NCBI GenBank assembly: GCA_965223705.1
Contig: OZ245015.1
Location: forward strand, 2,016,001-2,080,000
DNA: 64,000 nucleotides
Direction of reading: 5' to 3'
From: Myxococcota bacterium
GTDB taxonomy: Bacteria > Myxococcota_A > UBA9160 > UBA6930
The notes below the pieces were generated by a model. It was not told where the DNA came from, did no database searches, and was given only the letters and a program-made list of their open reading frames with translations. The translations under genes were made by a program, and so were the position numbers. Every line of letters begins with the position of its first letter. The first letter of the stretch is position 1. This document shows, piece after piece, positions 1 to 9,715 of the stretch.

Positions 1-1
1 C

Positions 2-1375
2 GCGAGCCGCCGGCGCCGCCGTCGGGGCCGTCGCCGAAGTGGTGGACGGAGCCGGTCCGACGATCAGGGCGACGGCGAGGACGGTTCGGGCGAAGCTCCA
101 GGGGCCGCAGAGAGCTCGCGCGCCGAAAAGAGCGCCGCAGGGACATCGGACGCAGACGGTGAGGACGACGCCGATGTCGACGACGAGCAGCTCCTCGGCC
201 TCGATCCGGATGCGCCCGAACCCGAAGATTCTGTCGACGTTCGCTACGAGGACGCGGAGCTCGACGAAGAGCCTCTGACCGAGTCGGAGCAATTGCGGCT
301 CGAGCGGGAGCGCCGACGTCTCGCCCGCATGGCGACACACGGAAAGAAGGAGCGCGCCGAAGAAGGCGACGAGGAACCGGATACCGCGGACGAGCCCGAC
401 GGCTTGCCCCGGGGGCGGCCCGCGATCTTGGCCCACGCCGATCGACAGTCGCTGATCGCTGCGACGGTGCTCGCGCGGGACGTGCGCAACGTCGAGGGTG
501 TGTGGGTCTATCCGCAGGACGAGCTGATGACGTTCTTTCGCGGTGTCGCAACCGATCTGCGCGAAAACACGCCGATTTTCGTCATTGGATTCTCGGCGAA
601 GCCCAGCCGCGACGCGATTCAGGCCGCCGCACTCTACCGGGGGCGGCTCGTCTGGTTCGACCACCACGAGTGGCCGCCCGAGGACGAAGGCGCCATGGCC
701 GAGGCTGTCGGTGCTGGTCGGCTGTATCTCACACCGGGCGCGGAAGGGCCGCTCGCTCCCGTGCTCTCTCAATGCAAGCGGCGGAGCCGCTTCTCGGACA
801 AACTCGTCGATCTCGCTACGGGTCGTTTCACGCAGCACGACTATGAACGCTGGGGCCGGCTCTGGTGGAAGCGACTCGGCGACCTGGCGGCGCAGTCCGG
901 CCCCGTAGGCAACGCCCTCGATCCGCTCTTCAGCGGCCGGCCCTCGGACCTCGCGCGGGAAGCGGCCAAGCAGCCGACACCGGATCCGCCCGACGAGCTG
1001 GCGTACGCCCTCGGGCGCGATTTTCGGATCGTTCACTTCGGTGGGTTCGGCCTTGCGGTCGTTGTGGTTCCCGAGCCGCTCGACCTGCATTTGACGACCC
1101 GCATCGTGCGGGAACGCCACGGGCTCGCTCTGTCCCTCGGCCTGCGCGAAGGTGGCGAGGCCATCGTTCTGGGAAGCGACGACGCCACAGGTCGCCGTTC
1201 CCTCGATTGCAGCGCGATGGTCGACCATCTGGCGGGGAAGTTCTCCTGGGCGGAAGTGCTGCCCGACGATGACCATGTGGCGAGGCTTCGGGTCCGCGAC
1301 TTGGCGCTCTATCCCGAGCGACTCGAGGAACTCGTCAGCGACATCGCGATGGGTCGATCGATCCTCGAGGGCTGA
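2..1375 (+). CDS. 5'-truncated protein with Arg-rich/acidic low-complexity N-terminus and degenerate DHH-phosphoesterase-like C-terminal region
   Basis: Frame open from nt 2 ([15 protein letters not shown]...DGEDDADVDDE...) into ORF 293-1375; motifs ILAHADRQ, FVIGFS, VWFDHHEW. Confidence 0.6.
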   Translation, partial: ASRRRRRRGRRRSGGRSRSDDQGDGEDGSGEAPGAAESSRAEKSAAGTSDADGEDDADVDDEQLLGLDPDAPEPEDSVDVRYEDAELDEEPLTESEQLRLERERRRLARMATHGKKERAEEGDEEPDTADEPDGLPRGRPAILAHADRQSLIAATVLARDVRNVEGVWVYPQDELMTFFRGVATDLRENTPIFVIGFSAKPSRDAIQAAALYRGRLVWFDHHEWPPEDEGAMAEAVGAGRLYLTPGAEGPLAPVLSQCKRRSRFSDKLVDLATGRFTQHDYERWGRLWWKRLGDLAAQSGPVGNALDPLFSGRPSDLAREAAKQPTPDPPDELAYALGRDFRIVHFGGFGLAVVVVPEPLDLHLTTRIVRERHGLALSLGLREGGEAIVLGSDDATGRRSLDCSAMVDHLAGKFSWAEVLPDDDHVARLRVRDLALYPERLEELVSDIAMGRSILEG

Positions 1376-1394
1376 GCCCGGAACAAGGGCGGCG

Positions 1395-2156
1395 ATGGCA
1401 CGCGCCAATCTCGTCGAGGTGTTCTCGTCGATCCAGGGTGAAGGACCGAGCGTCGGCCAAAGGACGATCTTCGTCCGATTCGGCGGTTGCGACTTGCGCT
1501 GCGCGTGGTGCGATTCGCCGCACACCTGGAAGCCCCACCGCGCTTGGCGCGTCGAGGAAGAGCCGGGAAGTGCCGCCTTCTCTCAGTACGAGAATCCGGC
1601 ATCGCTCGACCAGGTGGTCGCTGCCGTCGCGGGGCTCGATCCCGCTCGCCACCGCTGGATCAGTCTCACCGGCGGCGAGCCGTTGTTGCAGCCGGCGCTC
1701 CCCGAGTTCGCCGCGGCCTTGGCCCAGTGGGGTACTCCGCTGCATCTCGAGACCCACGGTCTCGCTTGGCAGGCATTGCCCGCGGTGCTGCCCCGCTTGG
1801 GCTTCGTCTCGATGGATTGGAAGCTCGCCTCGGACGTGGAGCGGGCGAAGGGTGCATCGGGTGCCCCGTTCGCGGCAGAGCACCGAAGATTCCTCGCCGA
1901 AGCACGCGGGGTCGCTACGTGCGTCAAGCTCGTGTTGACCGCGCGGAGCGAAGACGCAGAGCTGATGGAGGCCTTCGAGAGCGTGGCCGAGCTGGCGCCC
2001 GACGCGACGCTGATCCTTCAGCCCGTGACCCCGACGGCCGACTTCGACAGGCGCCCCGATCCGGGACGCGTTCACGAGGTCGCGCGGCGCGCCGGGGACT
2101 GGGTTGCCGATGTCCGGGTCATTCCTCAGACCCACGTACTGTACGACGTTCTCTAG
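1395..2156 (+). CDS. queE: 7-carboxy-7-deazaguanine synthase (radical SAM)
   Basis: EVFSSIQGEG, FVRFGGCDLRCAWCD (CxxxCxxC), SLTGGEPLLQ, VIPQTH; ATG 1395. Confidence 0.9.
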   Translation: MARANLVEVFSSIQGEGPSVGQRTIFVRFGGCDLRCAWCDSPHTWKPHRAWRVEEEPGSAAFSQYENPASLDQVVAAVAGLDPARHRWISLTGGEPLLQPALPEFAAALAQWGTPLHLETHGLAWQALPAVLPRLGFVSMDWKLASDVERAKGASGAPFAAEHRRFLAEARGVATCVKLVLTARSEDAELMEAFESVAELAPDATLILQPVTPTADFDRRPDPGRVHEVARRAGDWVADVRVIPQTHVLYDVL

Positions 2157-2683
2157 CGGTGGTCGGTCAGCCGTCCGCGGACAGCATCGAGGAGCGATAG
2201 CGCGTCGCCCTCGGGCGGCGCGGCAAGTCGCAGGCCCGGGAGACAGCCGGCGCGTTCACCGGCTTCGAGGTCGCGCGAGGAGTCTCCGATGACGAAGCTG
2301 CGTCGGAGGTCTGCGTTGAGCTCGTCGCGCGCGCGGAAGAGCAGACCCGGTTCGGGTTTCCGGCAGGCGCAGCCTTCGTCGGGACGATGTGGGCACCAGT
2401 AAGTCGCGGCGATCGGAACGCCGGTGCAAGCGAGGTCGCGCAGGAGGCGCCTCTGGAAGCGCCAAAAATCCGCTTCCTCGAAATACCCGCGTCCGATCCC
2501 GCTCTGATTCGTCACGATGGCCAAGCGGTAGCCGGCATCCGAGAGCATCCTGCACGCGAGAAAGGCACCCGGAAGCGGCGCGTAGTCGGACAGCTTGTGG
2601 TTGTAGCCTCGGTCCTCGACGAGGGTGCCGTCGCGATCGAGAAAAACGAAGGGTCGCTGTGCGGGTGCCGCGAGATCCGACAT
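2153..2683 (-). CDS. gmhB: D,D-heptose 1,7-bisphosphate phosphatase (HAD IIIA)
   Basis: FLDRDGTL, VTNQSGIGRG, CPH...CACRKP, IGDS; ATG at 2683. Confidence 0.85.
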   Translation of the reverse strand: MSDLAAPAQRPFVFLDRDGTLVEDRGYNHKLSDYAPLPGAFLACRMLSDAGYRLAIVTNQSGIGRGYFEEADFWRFQRRLLRDLACTGVPIAATYWCPHRPDEGCACRKPEPGLLFRARDELNADLRRSFVIGDSSRDLEAGERAGCLPGLRLAAPPEGDALSLLDAVRGRLTDHR

Positions 2684-2694
2684 CGGACGCCAGG

Positions 2695-4749
2695 TTAGCG
2701 ACGTCGCAGACTCAGGCGAAGCACAGCCAGCTCGCGCTTCAAGCTGGCTTCGTCCGCACCGCCGAAGCGGGCGGCGAGGTAACGCTCGGTGATCGTTCGG
2801 AACGCCCACGCGGCCTCGGGAGTCAGCGAGCGCTCGGACTCCGCGACGAACTCTCGCGCGGTCGTGGTCGCGCCTCGAACCAGGCCCACGCGTCGCAGCA
2901 TGCCAAGGGCGCGCGCGTAAGCGAAGGGCAGGGGCGCCCGCTCTGGCTCGCCGCGTCGCAGCCATAGAAGGGCGCCGATCCCGACCAGTAGCGGTGCCAG
3001 GATCCAGAACGCCGCGCCTCCTTGCAGCGGAGACTTCCCGGCGGATGGCTCGAGCGGGCCCGAGTCGTCGGGGGAGACGGCGCGAGCCAGCCAAGAAAAG
3101 GAGGCGATCTGCCGCTCTCGGTCATAGTCCACGAAGGAACGGAACCACCAGAGTTCCAGGGCGCTCGTCAGTTCGCTCAGTCGATTGACGGCGGAGAGGG
3201 CGGCCGACCCGGCGAGTCTCAGATCGGGCGGTGTCGGGTCGAAGCGCACCCAGCCGGCGGTGGCGAAATGAATCTCGACCCAGCTGTGCGCATCGGCCTG
3301 TGAGAGCTCGATGAACCCGCGCAGGGAGTTTCGCCGACCGCCCGCAAAACCCGTCACCAACCGCGAGGGCAAACCCGCGGAGCGCGCGAGAAGCACCATC
3401 GCCGACGCGAAGTATTCGCAATGACCGGCCGTATCCCGGAACAGGAAATCCTCGATCGGTGGATTGTCACCGCGGCCGTGCGCGGGAGGCGCGTCGGTGT
3501 ATCGGCCGGTCTCGATCAGATGGTCACGGAGCTTCGCCACCCGGTCGTAATCGGTCGCGGCGTCGCGCGTGAGTTCCGCGGCGAGTTCCCGGACGCGGGG
3601 CGAGAGGCGCGGCAGAGCGCGGTAGCGTTCGGCGTTGTCTTCCGGCGGGAGAGCCGCGCGGTCGCCGCGAAGCGCGTCGGCAGAGGGAACCAGGCTCGCG
3701 CTCCGAATCCGATATTCGACCCGGCGCGCGGCGCTGTCTTGCGCGTAGAGGCTCCCGTTGCCGTCGCGCTCGATGCGTCCCATCGGTCCCCGCAGTCCCA
3801 GGGCCGGGCCGGCGGAGAAAATGACGCCGGCCGTGGTCGGTTCTCGGACGATCCGCTGGTGCGTGACCTCGCGCCGGTCGCGTGCGAGCACCAATCCAAC
3901 GCGCGCGTCTCCCGCGACTTGCCGGCCCGTGCTCACCGACCAGGTCCGGCCGTCGAAGTGATCGAACGCGAGCCCACGCCAATAAGCGTCCTCCGGGGCA
4001 GGCGTTTCGCCCCGCAAGATGTCGACCCGCAGGGCCACGCGGTTGTCCTGTCGAATCCGCCCGATGTCGCCGAGGGACACGCTGTCGCTAAAGCCGGAGC
4101 GCGCGAGCGCGGCGCCGCCGCCCGGGAGCGGGACACCGGCCCGCATCCTCGGGAGAAGCGGAAAAATGATGAGCGCAAGCGCGAACGTCAAGAGCGAAGC
4201 CAGGAGTGTCAGGCGGAGGAGACCGGCCGAAAGTACGGCTCGTTCGGCGCCGGGTTGGCCGGCTTCCGCGGCTTCGCAGGCGAGGGTGTGGGCGAGCAGC
4301 GTCCAGACCGTGAAGGACGAATACGCGGCCAGGCACAGCGGGAACAGCGCACTGTCCGTCAAGTTCGAAGCTGCCACGACTTGAAGCAGCGATAGCCCGA
4401 CGAGCAAGAATTCCGAAGTTCGCGGGCGTGCGTCGAGCAGCTTCAAGACGAGTGTCGCCGTCGCGAAGTACGCCAGCGCGATGAGCGTCGAGCCGTGCCA
4501 GAACCACGTCGCGCCACAGCCGAGCATGCCGACGAGGAGGAGGCCGTTGAGAAGGTTCCCCCGGGTTTGCCAGGGGCGGGGGTTCGGACCGAGGCGCATC
4601 GCAACGAGACCGAGAGCGGCGGCGCCGAGGATGATCGGAAGAGCGATCGCCTCGGATAGAGCGAGCGTCGCCGTCGATGCGGCGCACATCCCGTAGGCGG
4701 CTCGCGGGCGGGCTGAGCTGAGCGGGCCTCGGAAGTTGCGGCGACTCAC
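2695..4749 (-). CDS. Membrane transglutaminase-like protein (TgpA/DUF3488 type)
   Basis: Multi-TM N-terminus, YWRGLAFD, triad GHCEYFAS / AHSWVE / FDPTP; GTG start overlapping the DUF58 stop. Confidence 0.85.
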   Translation of the reverse strand: MSRRNFRGPLSSARPRAAYGMCAASTATLALSEAIALPIILGAAALGLVAMRLGPNPRPWQTRGNLLNGLLLVGMLGCGATWFWHGSTLIALAYFATATLVLKLLDARPRTSEFLLVGLSLLQVVAASNLTDSALFPLCLAAYSSFTVWTLLAHTLACEAAEAGQPGAERAVLSAGLLRLTLLASLLTFALALIIFPLLPRMRAGVPLPGGGAALARSGFSDSVSLGDIGRIRQDNRVALRVDILRGETPAPEDAYWRGLAFDHFDGRTWSVSTGRQVAGDARVGLVLARDRREVTHQRIVREPTTAGVIFSAGPALGLRGPMGRIERDGNGSLYAQDSAARRVEYRIRSASLVPSADALRGDRAALPPEDNAERYRALPRLSPRVRELAAELTRDAATDYDRVAKLRDHLIETGRYTDAPPAHGRGDNPPIEDFLFRDTAGHCEYFASAMVLLARSAGLPSRLVTGFAGGRRNSLRGFIELSQADAHSWVEIHFATAGWVRFDPTPPDLRLAGSAALSAVNRLSELTSALELWWFRSFVDYDRERQIASFSWLARAVSPDDSGPLEPSAGKSPLQGGAAFWILAPLLVGIGALLWLRRGEPERAPLPFAYARALGMLRRVGLVRGATTTAREFVAESERSLTPEAAWAFRTITERYLAARFGGADEASLKRELAVLRLSLRRR

Positions 4750-5735
4750 GGGGACACGGCTCCGGCGCGCTCGGGCGGCGCTCCTTCCGGCACGACGGTG
4801 GCGAGAAAGCGCAGCAGATGCACGCGCTGCTTCGCACCCGACGCGGCCGGAAAGCGCTTCTCGTCGGTGATCAGGCTGACTTCCTGTCCCACTGAAAGCG
4901 CGGCAACCACCTCGGACGCCGCGTCTCGCACCGAACGTTCGAACGCGCGATCCGCTCGCCGTTTCGCCGTTCGCAAGCGCACGCAACGACTGGCGGCATG
5001 TTCCGGTTCACTCTCCCGCACGAACAGCCGGTGCTCGCGGACCGAGCGCGGCCAGTGCACGCGCCGCAGCGGATCGCCCGTGGCGAACTCGCGGAGCAGC
5101 GTCGCTTCGGGCGGTTTCTCACCGCCCGGGATCGGGTGACGCCCGTCGCCGTCCGAGCGCGTCAAATCCCAGGGCGAGCGTCGCAGAATCTCCGGGAAAA
5201 CGAGCGCTTCTTCGGGCGCTTCGATCCGCAGCGACTTGCTGAAGAGTCCGAAGGGGAAGCGCGTCGATGCGCGGAAGCCGGCGAACGCGATGCGCCCGCG
5301 TCGCTCGGGCACGACGCGATACACGCGCTGTACGGTCTCGCCCGGACCGATTCGCAGGGCGAAGACGCGCCCGACGGATTGGCCGTGGTACGCATCCGGC
5401 CCTACGAGATCTTCCACGACAACCGCGTACGCCGGGAAGCGGCGTTGACTGTTGGTGAGTTCGAGTGCGACGGGTGTCGCCGTCCCACAATAGATTTCGT
5501 TCGGATAACGTCGGCGCACTTCGAGGCCGCGCAAGGCGGCTTCCGAGAAGACGCCTGAAAAAATGAGGAAGCCTAAGAGGGCGGCGAACAAGAGGTAGAG
5601 CAAGTTGTTGCCGGTGTTGAGAGCCGCGAAACCGACGGCAAAGCAAATGCCCGAGAACACCCAACCGGCGCGCGTGGGGCGGAGGGATCGCGGGGGCCGA
5701 AGCGCTCGGCGGATTCCCGCGAGCACCCGGTTCAA
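4746..5735 (-). CDS. DUF58 domain protein (MoxR partner)
   Basis: AALNTGNNLLYL, STRFPFGLF, REFATGDPLRRVHWPRS; TTG start overlapping the MoxR stop. Confidence 0.85.
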   Translation of the reverse strand: MNRVLAGIRRALRPPRSLRPTRAGWVFSGICFAVGFAALNTGNNLLYLLFAALLGFLIFSGVFSEAALRGLEVRRRYPNEIYCGTATPVALELTNSQRRFPAYAVVVEDLVGPDAYHGQSVGRVFALRIGPGETVQRVYRVVPERRGRIAFAGFRASTRFPFGLFSKSLRIEAPEEALVFPEILRRSPWDLTRSDGDGRHPIPGGEKPPEATLLREFATGDPLRRVHWPRSVREHRLFVRESEPEHAASRCVRLRTAKRRADRAFERSVRDAASEVVAALSVGQEVSLITDEKRFPAASGAKQRVHLLRFLATVVPEGAPPERAGAVSP

Positions 5736-6682
5736 AGCGGGACCGGAATCGACTCGAGAATCTCTTCGACCAACCAACGCGTGTGGGACGCGCTGGTTTG
5801 ACCCGAATCGAGGATCAGCCGGTGGGCCAACACGGGTTGCGCGGTTTCGCGGACGTCTTCGGGGATGCAATAGGCGCGCCCGTCGAGCAGCGCCCGAGCC
5901 TGAGCCGAAGCGCGATGCGCCAACGCCCCGCGCGTCGAGACCCCGACGGCGATGTCGTCTCGGTCGCGGGTCGCCGCTGCGATGTCGAGCAAGTACCGAA
6001 GCACCGCGTCGTCGAACTTGACGCGTTCGCTCGCGCTCCGCAGCCCGAGAATCTCTTCCACCGAAAGGACCGGGCTGACGTCCACGACGTCGACCACAGT
6101 ATCTCCGCGCAGGACCGCAAGTTCGTCCTCTCGTTCGGGATGGCCGAGTTCGAGACGGCGCTGGAAGCGATCGAGCTGGGATTCGGGAAGCGGGTACGTG
6201 CCGTGATGCTCGAACGGATTCTGCGTGGCGATCACGAAGAATGGATCCGGCAGCACGTGTCGTTCTCCGTCGACCGTCACGCCGCCTTCCGCCATCGCTT
6301 CGAGCAGCGCCGACTGCGTTTTCGGGCTGGCCCGGTTGATCTCATCCGCCAACACGATCTGCGCGAAAATCGGTCCCGGAGAAAAGCGCAACGCCCCGAC
6401 CATGGCGCCGTCTCGGAACTCCGGGAGGACGCCACCGATCACGTCGCTCGGCAACAGGTCGCTCGTGAACTGGACGCGCTGGAACGTGGCCGCGCAGGCG
6501 CCCGCGAGCGCTCGCGCCAGCGTCGTCTTGCCCACGCCCGGCACGTCCTCGATCAACACGTGACCGCCGCTCACGAACGCTTCGACGGCCGAGCGAACGA
6601 TCGCTCGCTTTCCGCACACGGCTTTTTCAATTTCATCGCACAGTCGCGCGGCCTGCGCCGCCGCTTCTGTGGGATCCGGCAC
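5732..6682 (-). CDS. MoxR-family AAA+ ATPase
   Basis: GHVLIEDVPGVGKTT, FTSDLLPSD, ADEINRASPKTQSALLEAM, ATQNP, PLPESQLDRF; start approximate. Confidence 0.92.
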   Translation of the reverse strand: MPDPTEAAAQAARLCDEIEKAVCGKRAIVRSAVEAFVSGGHVLIEDVPGVGKTTLARALAGACAATFQRVQFTSDLLPSDVIGGVLPEFRDGAMVGALRFSPGPIFAQIVLADEINRASPKTQSALLEAMAEGGVTVDGERHVLPDPFFVIATQNPFEHHGTYPLPESQLDRFQRRLELGHPEREDELAVLRGDTVVDVVDVSPVLSVEEILGLRSASERVKFDDAVLRYLLDIAAATRDRDDIAVGVSTRGALAHRASAQARALLDGRAYCIPEDVRETAQPVLAHRLILDSGQTSASHTRWLVEEILESIPVPL

Positions 6683-6819
6683 ATGAGACAACGGACACCT
6701 CGGCTCCGTACCTCTTCGGATCGTGGGGATTTTCGCTGAATGCGCCGCGCGCTCTCGGAGGATCGTGAGTCGGCAATTGACTCGCAAGGAAGGCCTCGAA
6801 GCTGCGGCGGGTCTAGCGG

Positions 6820-7899
6820 TTACGGATTTTCGGCGTCCGCCGCGAACAACGCGGCCCGCGGGTCCGCGGCGTCGGCCGCCGCGCGGGCCGCTGTGAGGAG
6901 GGCTTCCAAGTCGCCGCCGAGATCGGCGAGGCGTGCTTCGTAACGCGGAATGTCGGCTTCGTAGGTGCCGCCGAGAACGAGGCAAGCGTCGTTCAACCGT
7001 ACCTGCTCCGCGTAGCGTTCGGTGTCGACGGTTTCGAGATCGAGCGTCGTGATGATCTCGAGCAAATCCCCCTCGAACTTTCTGCGCTGTAGATCGCGGT
7101 CGGACCCCGCCGGCTGTTCGGCGTAGAGCCTGGTGATTCCGCGCCTGAAGTTGGCCATCACGTACGACATCATGCGCGACTCGGTCACCTCGAGGCGCGC
7201 CCTCTCACCTTCGTCTCGCCGCTCGCGGAAGCGAACCGCCGCTTCCTGCCCGACGAACGTCGCGAGCCCTTCGTTGAAGTCGGGCTCGCCCGGTGCGAAG
7301 ACCGTCGTGTGCACCAGTTCGTGCAGGATGACTTCGGTCAGCTGGCCGGGTGGGAGGCGGAGCATGGGTTCTGTCAGCGGATCGTCGAACCAACCGAGCG
7401 TGGAGTACGCGCGCACCGGCGACACGCACACGTCGAACCCGTCCGATCGGAGCTTCTCGGCCGCGCGTTTCGCGTCCTCTTCTTTGAAATAACCCTTGTA
7501 CGGTGCGTCCCCGATCAGCGGAAACCAGAACGGGTACGCGACGAGCTCTCCAGGGCGGGTTCGAACGATCGTCGTCAGCATGCGTTCGCCCGGCCACGCG
7601 GCGTAGCTCTCGTACTGGCCTTCGACCTCGAGTCCGATCTCTTGCGCGTATTCCCGCGTCGCGGCGACGAGTTCGAGCGCGGCGACCACGTCGGGCGGCG
7701 TCGCCGGATCTCGCAACACTTCGGCGATGGGGCGGCGCGCTTTGAGGAGCTCCATCTGGCCACGGGCGAGTTGGGTGTAGTAACACCCCGAGAGGGTCAG
7801 CGAGAGCAAGACGATCCCAGCGAGGGACGCGGCCGGGCGGGAGAGCTTGCGAAGGAGAGGGAGGTTGGTGGCGGAAGCCCAACGGGCAATCGTGCGCAT
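6820..7899 (-). CDS. Putative zinc aminopeptidase lipoprotein (DUF2265-type)
   Basis: Lipobox LSGC, PYKGYF, AYSTLGWFDDP, HELVH...FNE zinc motif; start uncertain. Confidence 0.8.
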   Translation of the reverse strand: MRTIARWASATNLPLLRKLSRPAASLAGIVLLSLTLSGCYYTQLARGQMELLKARRPIAEVLRDPATPPDVVAALELVAATREYAQEIGLEVEGQYESYAAWPGERMLTTIVRTRPGELVAYPFWFPLIGDAPYKGYFKEEDAKRAAEKLRSDGFDVCVSPVRAYSTLGWFDDPLTEPMLRLPPGQLTEVILHELVHTTVFAPGEPDFNEGLATFVGQEAAVRFRERRDEGERARLEVTESRMMSYVMANFRRGITRLYAEQPAGSDRDLQRRKFEGDLLEIITTLDLETVDTERYAEQVRLNDACLVLGGTYEADIPRYEARLADLGGDLEALLTAARAAADAADPRAALFAADAENP

Positions 7900-8803
7900 C
7901 GAACTGCGGATCTCCGGCGACGGCGCTTCCGAGCGCGCCGAGTTGATCTCCGCCGCTGCTTTCGAGGCCGGCGCGACGGGGTTGGTGGAACGTAACGAGG
8001 CGGGAGAAGGGCGCACGCCCTGGGTCGCGGATATTTACGCCCCGGCCGATCTGGGCGCCGCGGTCTTTGCGGCGGTGCGCGCGGCCGCAGATGAGGAGAC
8101 CCGGGTCGCCGCGCCCGTGAGCGAAGAGCCCGTCGATTGGGTGGCCCACTTCCGCGAGCATGCCCGGCCGGTCGCGATCGGGGATCTCGTCATACGCCCC
8201 TCCTGGCAGACCTTCGCCGGACCGCCGCCGGGGGTCGAGCTGGTGATCGATCCCGGGCAAGCGTTCGGAACCGGTGCTCACGAGTCGACGGCTGCCGCGA
8301 TTCGGCTCCTGCAACGCAGCCGTCTGATTTTGCCGCGCGGCGCTCTGCTCGATGTCGGTTGCGGCAGCGGCGTACTGGCTCTTGCCGCACGGGCGTATGG
8401 GGCTCCGGCCGCCGTGGCGTTCGATCTCGATCCCCTCGCCGCACGAGCGACGCGTGAGGCCGCTGCCCATAACGCGATCGACGGCGTGCTCACCTTCTGC
8501 GGTCCGTTCGGGGCGCTCCGCGGTCGATGTTGGCCGACCGTGATCGCGAACTTGTTGCGTCGCGAACACGCTCCGCTGTTCGGTGCATTGGCCGCAACGC
8601 TCCCAGCCGGAGGGTCTCTCATGGTGGCGGGGCTTTTGTCGTCGGAAGCGGACGAGGTGCTCGAGTGGGCCGACGGCGCCGGCCTCGCGCCGGTGGATCG
8701 CGTCGAACAGACCGACGGGTCCGGTTCGTCTTGGGCGGGGCTTTGCTTCGAACGCCCGTCGACCTCAGGCGAGACGCGCCCGCCAATCCTCGAGGAGTTC
8801 TGA
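7868..8803 (+). CDS. prmA: Ribosomal protein L11 methyltransferase
   Basis: IRPSW, IDPGQAFGTGAHEST, LDVGCGSGVLA, DLDP; GGGAGG upstream of GTG 7868. Confidence 0.85.
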   Translation: MAEAQRAIVRIELRISGDGASERAELISAAAFEAGATGLVERNEAGEGRTPWVADIYAPADLGAAVFAAVRAAADEETRVAAPVSEEPVDWVAHFREHARPVAIGDLVIRPSWQTFAGPPPGVELVIDPGQAFGTGAHESTAAAIRLLQRSRLILPRGALLDVGCGSGVLALAARAYGAPAAVAFDLDPLAARATREAAAHNAIDGVLTFCGPFGALRGRCWPTVIANLLRREHAPLFGALAATLPAGGSLMVAGLLSSEADEVLEWADGAGLAPVDRVEQTDGSGSSWAGLCFERPSTSGETRPPILEEF

Positions 8804-9658
8804 GAGGGTCTGTCGGAACGGGACCCGCGGTGCCCAACCCGTGGTTGCCGAGAGCTTGTCCGCGTTGCCGATCGCGTGGTCTACCGGGCGCCAGAGCTCG
8901 GCGTCGGTCTCGACGGAAACCGGTCGGCCGACGCCGCTCGCATCGATCATCGCTTCCGCGAGCCCGGCAATCGACCAGGCTGTGCCCCGAGCGACGTTGT
9001 ACGCGCCCGAGGGAACTCCCGGAACGAGGAGCCGCCAGTACGCGTCGACCACGTCGGCCACATCCAGGAAATCCCGTGTCGAGTGGGCGTTTCCGATCTC
9101 GACGAAGTCCCCGCGCGACCCGCGCTCGATGGCGACGAGCTGACGCGCGAGCGAGCTCTCGACAGCCCACGGCGGACGTCCTCGGCCGGTGTGGTTGAAC
9201 GGGCGAGCTCGGACGACACAGAGCGTGTCGCTCGCGCTGCGCGAGGCCATTTCATCCGCACACGCCTTGGTCCAGGCGTAGTGCGTTTCCGGTCGCAGGG
9301 AAGCGTCCTCTCTGAATCCGCCGCTCTCGGGGTGACTGCCGTAGACCTGGCCCGTGCTCGCGACGAGAACGCAGCGCACGCTGTCGCACGCTGCCGCCGC
9401 TTCGAGCACGGCGCGAGTTCCGAGGACGTTGATGCGAAACGTCTCGTTCGGCGCACGGTCGGCTCGGGCTACGGAACTCTCCGCGGCGAGGTGCACGATG
9501 GCGTGCGGGCGCGTCGCGGCGACGTGGCCTGCGACAGCCTGCGCGTCGGTGACGTCGAGAGCACTGGATGTGCCGTCCACCGCTGCGCCCCGAGCGCGGA
9601 AAGCGGGGACGAGGTGTTTTCCCACGAAGCCCGTGGCACCCGTGACCCAAACTCGCAC
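8765..9658 (-). CDS. NAD-dependent epimerase/dehydratase (GDP-6-deoxy-mannose reductase/GMD-like)
   Basis: VTGATGFVG, HLAAESSV, YAWTK (YxxxK), RPFNHTG, RDFLDVADVV. Confidence 0.8.
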   Translation of the reverse strand: MRVWVTGATGFVGKHLVPAFRARGAAVDGTSSALDVTDAQAVAGHVAATRPHAIVHLAAESSVARADRAPNETFRINVLGTRAVLEAAAACDSVRCVLVASTGQVYGSHPESGGFREDASLRPETHYAWTKACADEMASRSASDTLCVVRARPFNHTGRGRPPWAVESSLARQLVAIERGSRGDFVEIGNAHSTRDFLDVADVVDAYWRLLVPGVPSGAYNVARGTAWSIAGLAEAMIDASGVGRPVSVETDAELWRPVDHAIGNADKLSATTGWAPRVPFRQTLSELLEDWRARLA

Positions 9659-9715
9659 GGCGCGGAACCTAAGGGAGGCCGTCTGCGCGTGCTACCTTGC
9701 GCCGGGGGTGGCGCC

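Noticed and set aside
1395..2156. queE as part of a 7-deazaguanine DNA-modification (dpd) system
   Set aside because: No dpdA/tgt-like or other dpd genes nearby; ordinary queuosine synthesis is simpler
2695..6682. MoxR-DUF58-transglutaminase operon as a novel system
   Set aside because: A widespread, previously described gene triad with canonical motifs
9659..9715. AvcI-like antitoxin RNA upstream of the kinase-deaminase
   Set aside because: Only 57 bp separates the divergent genes
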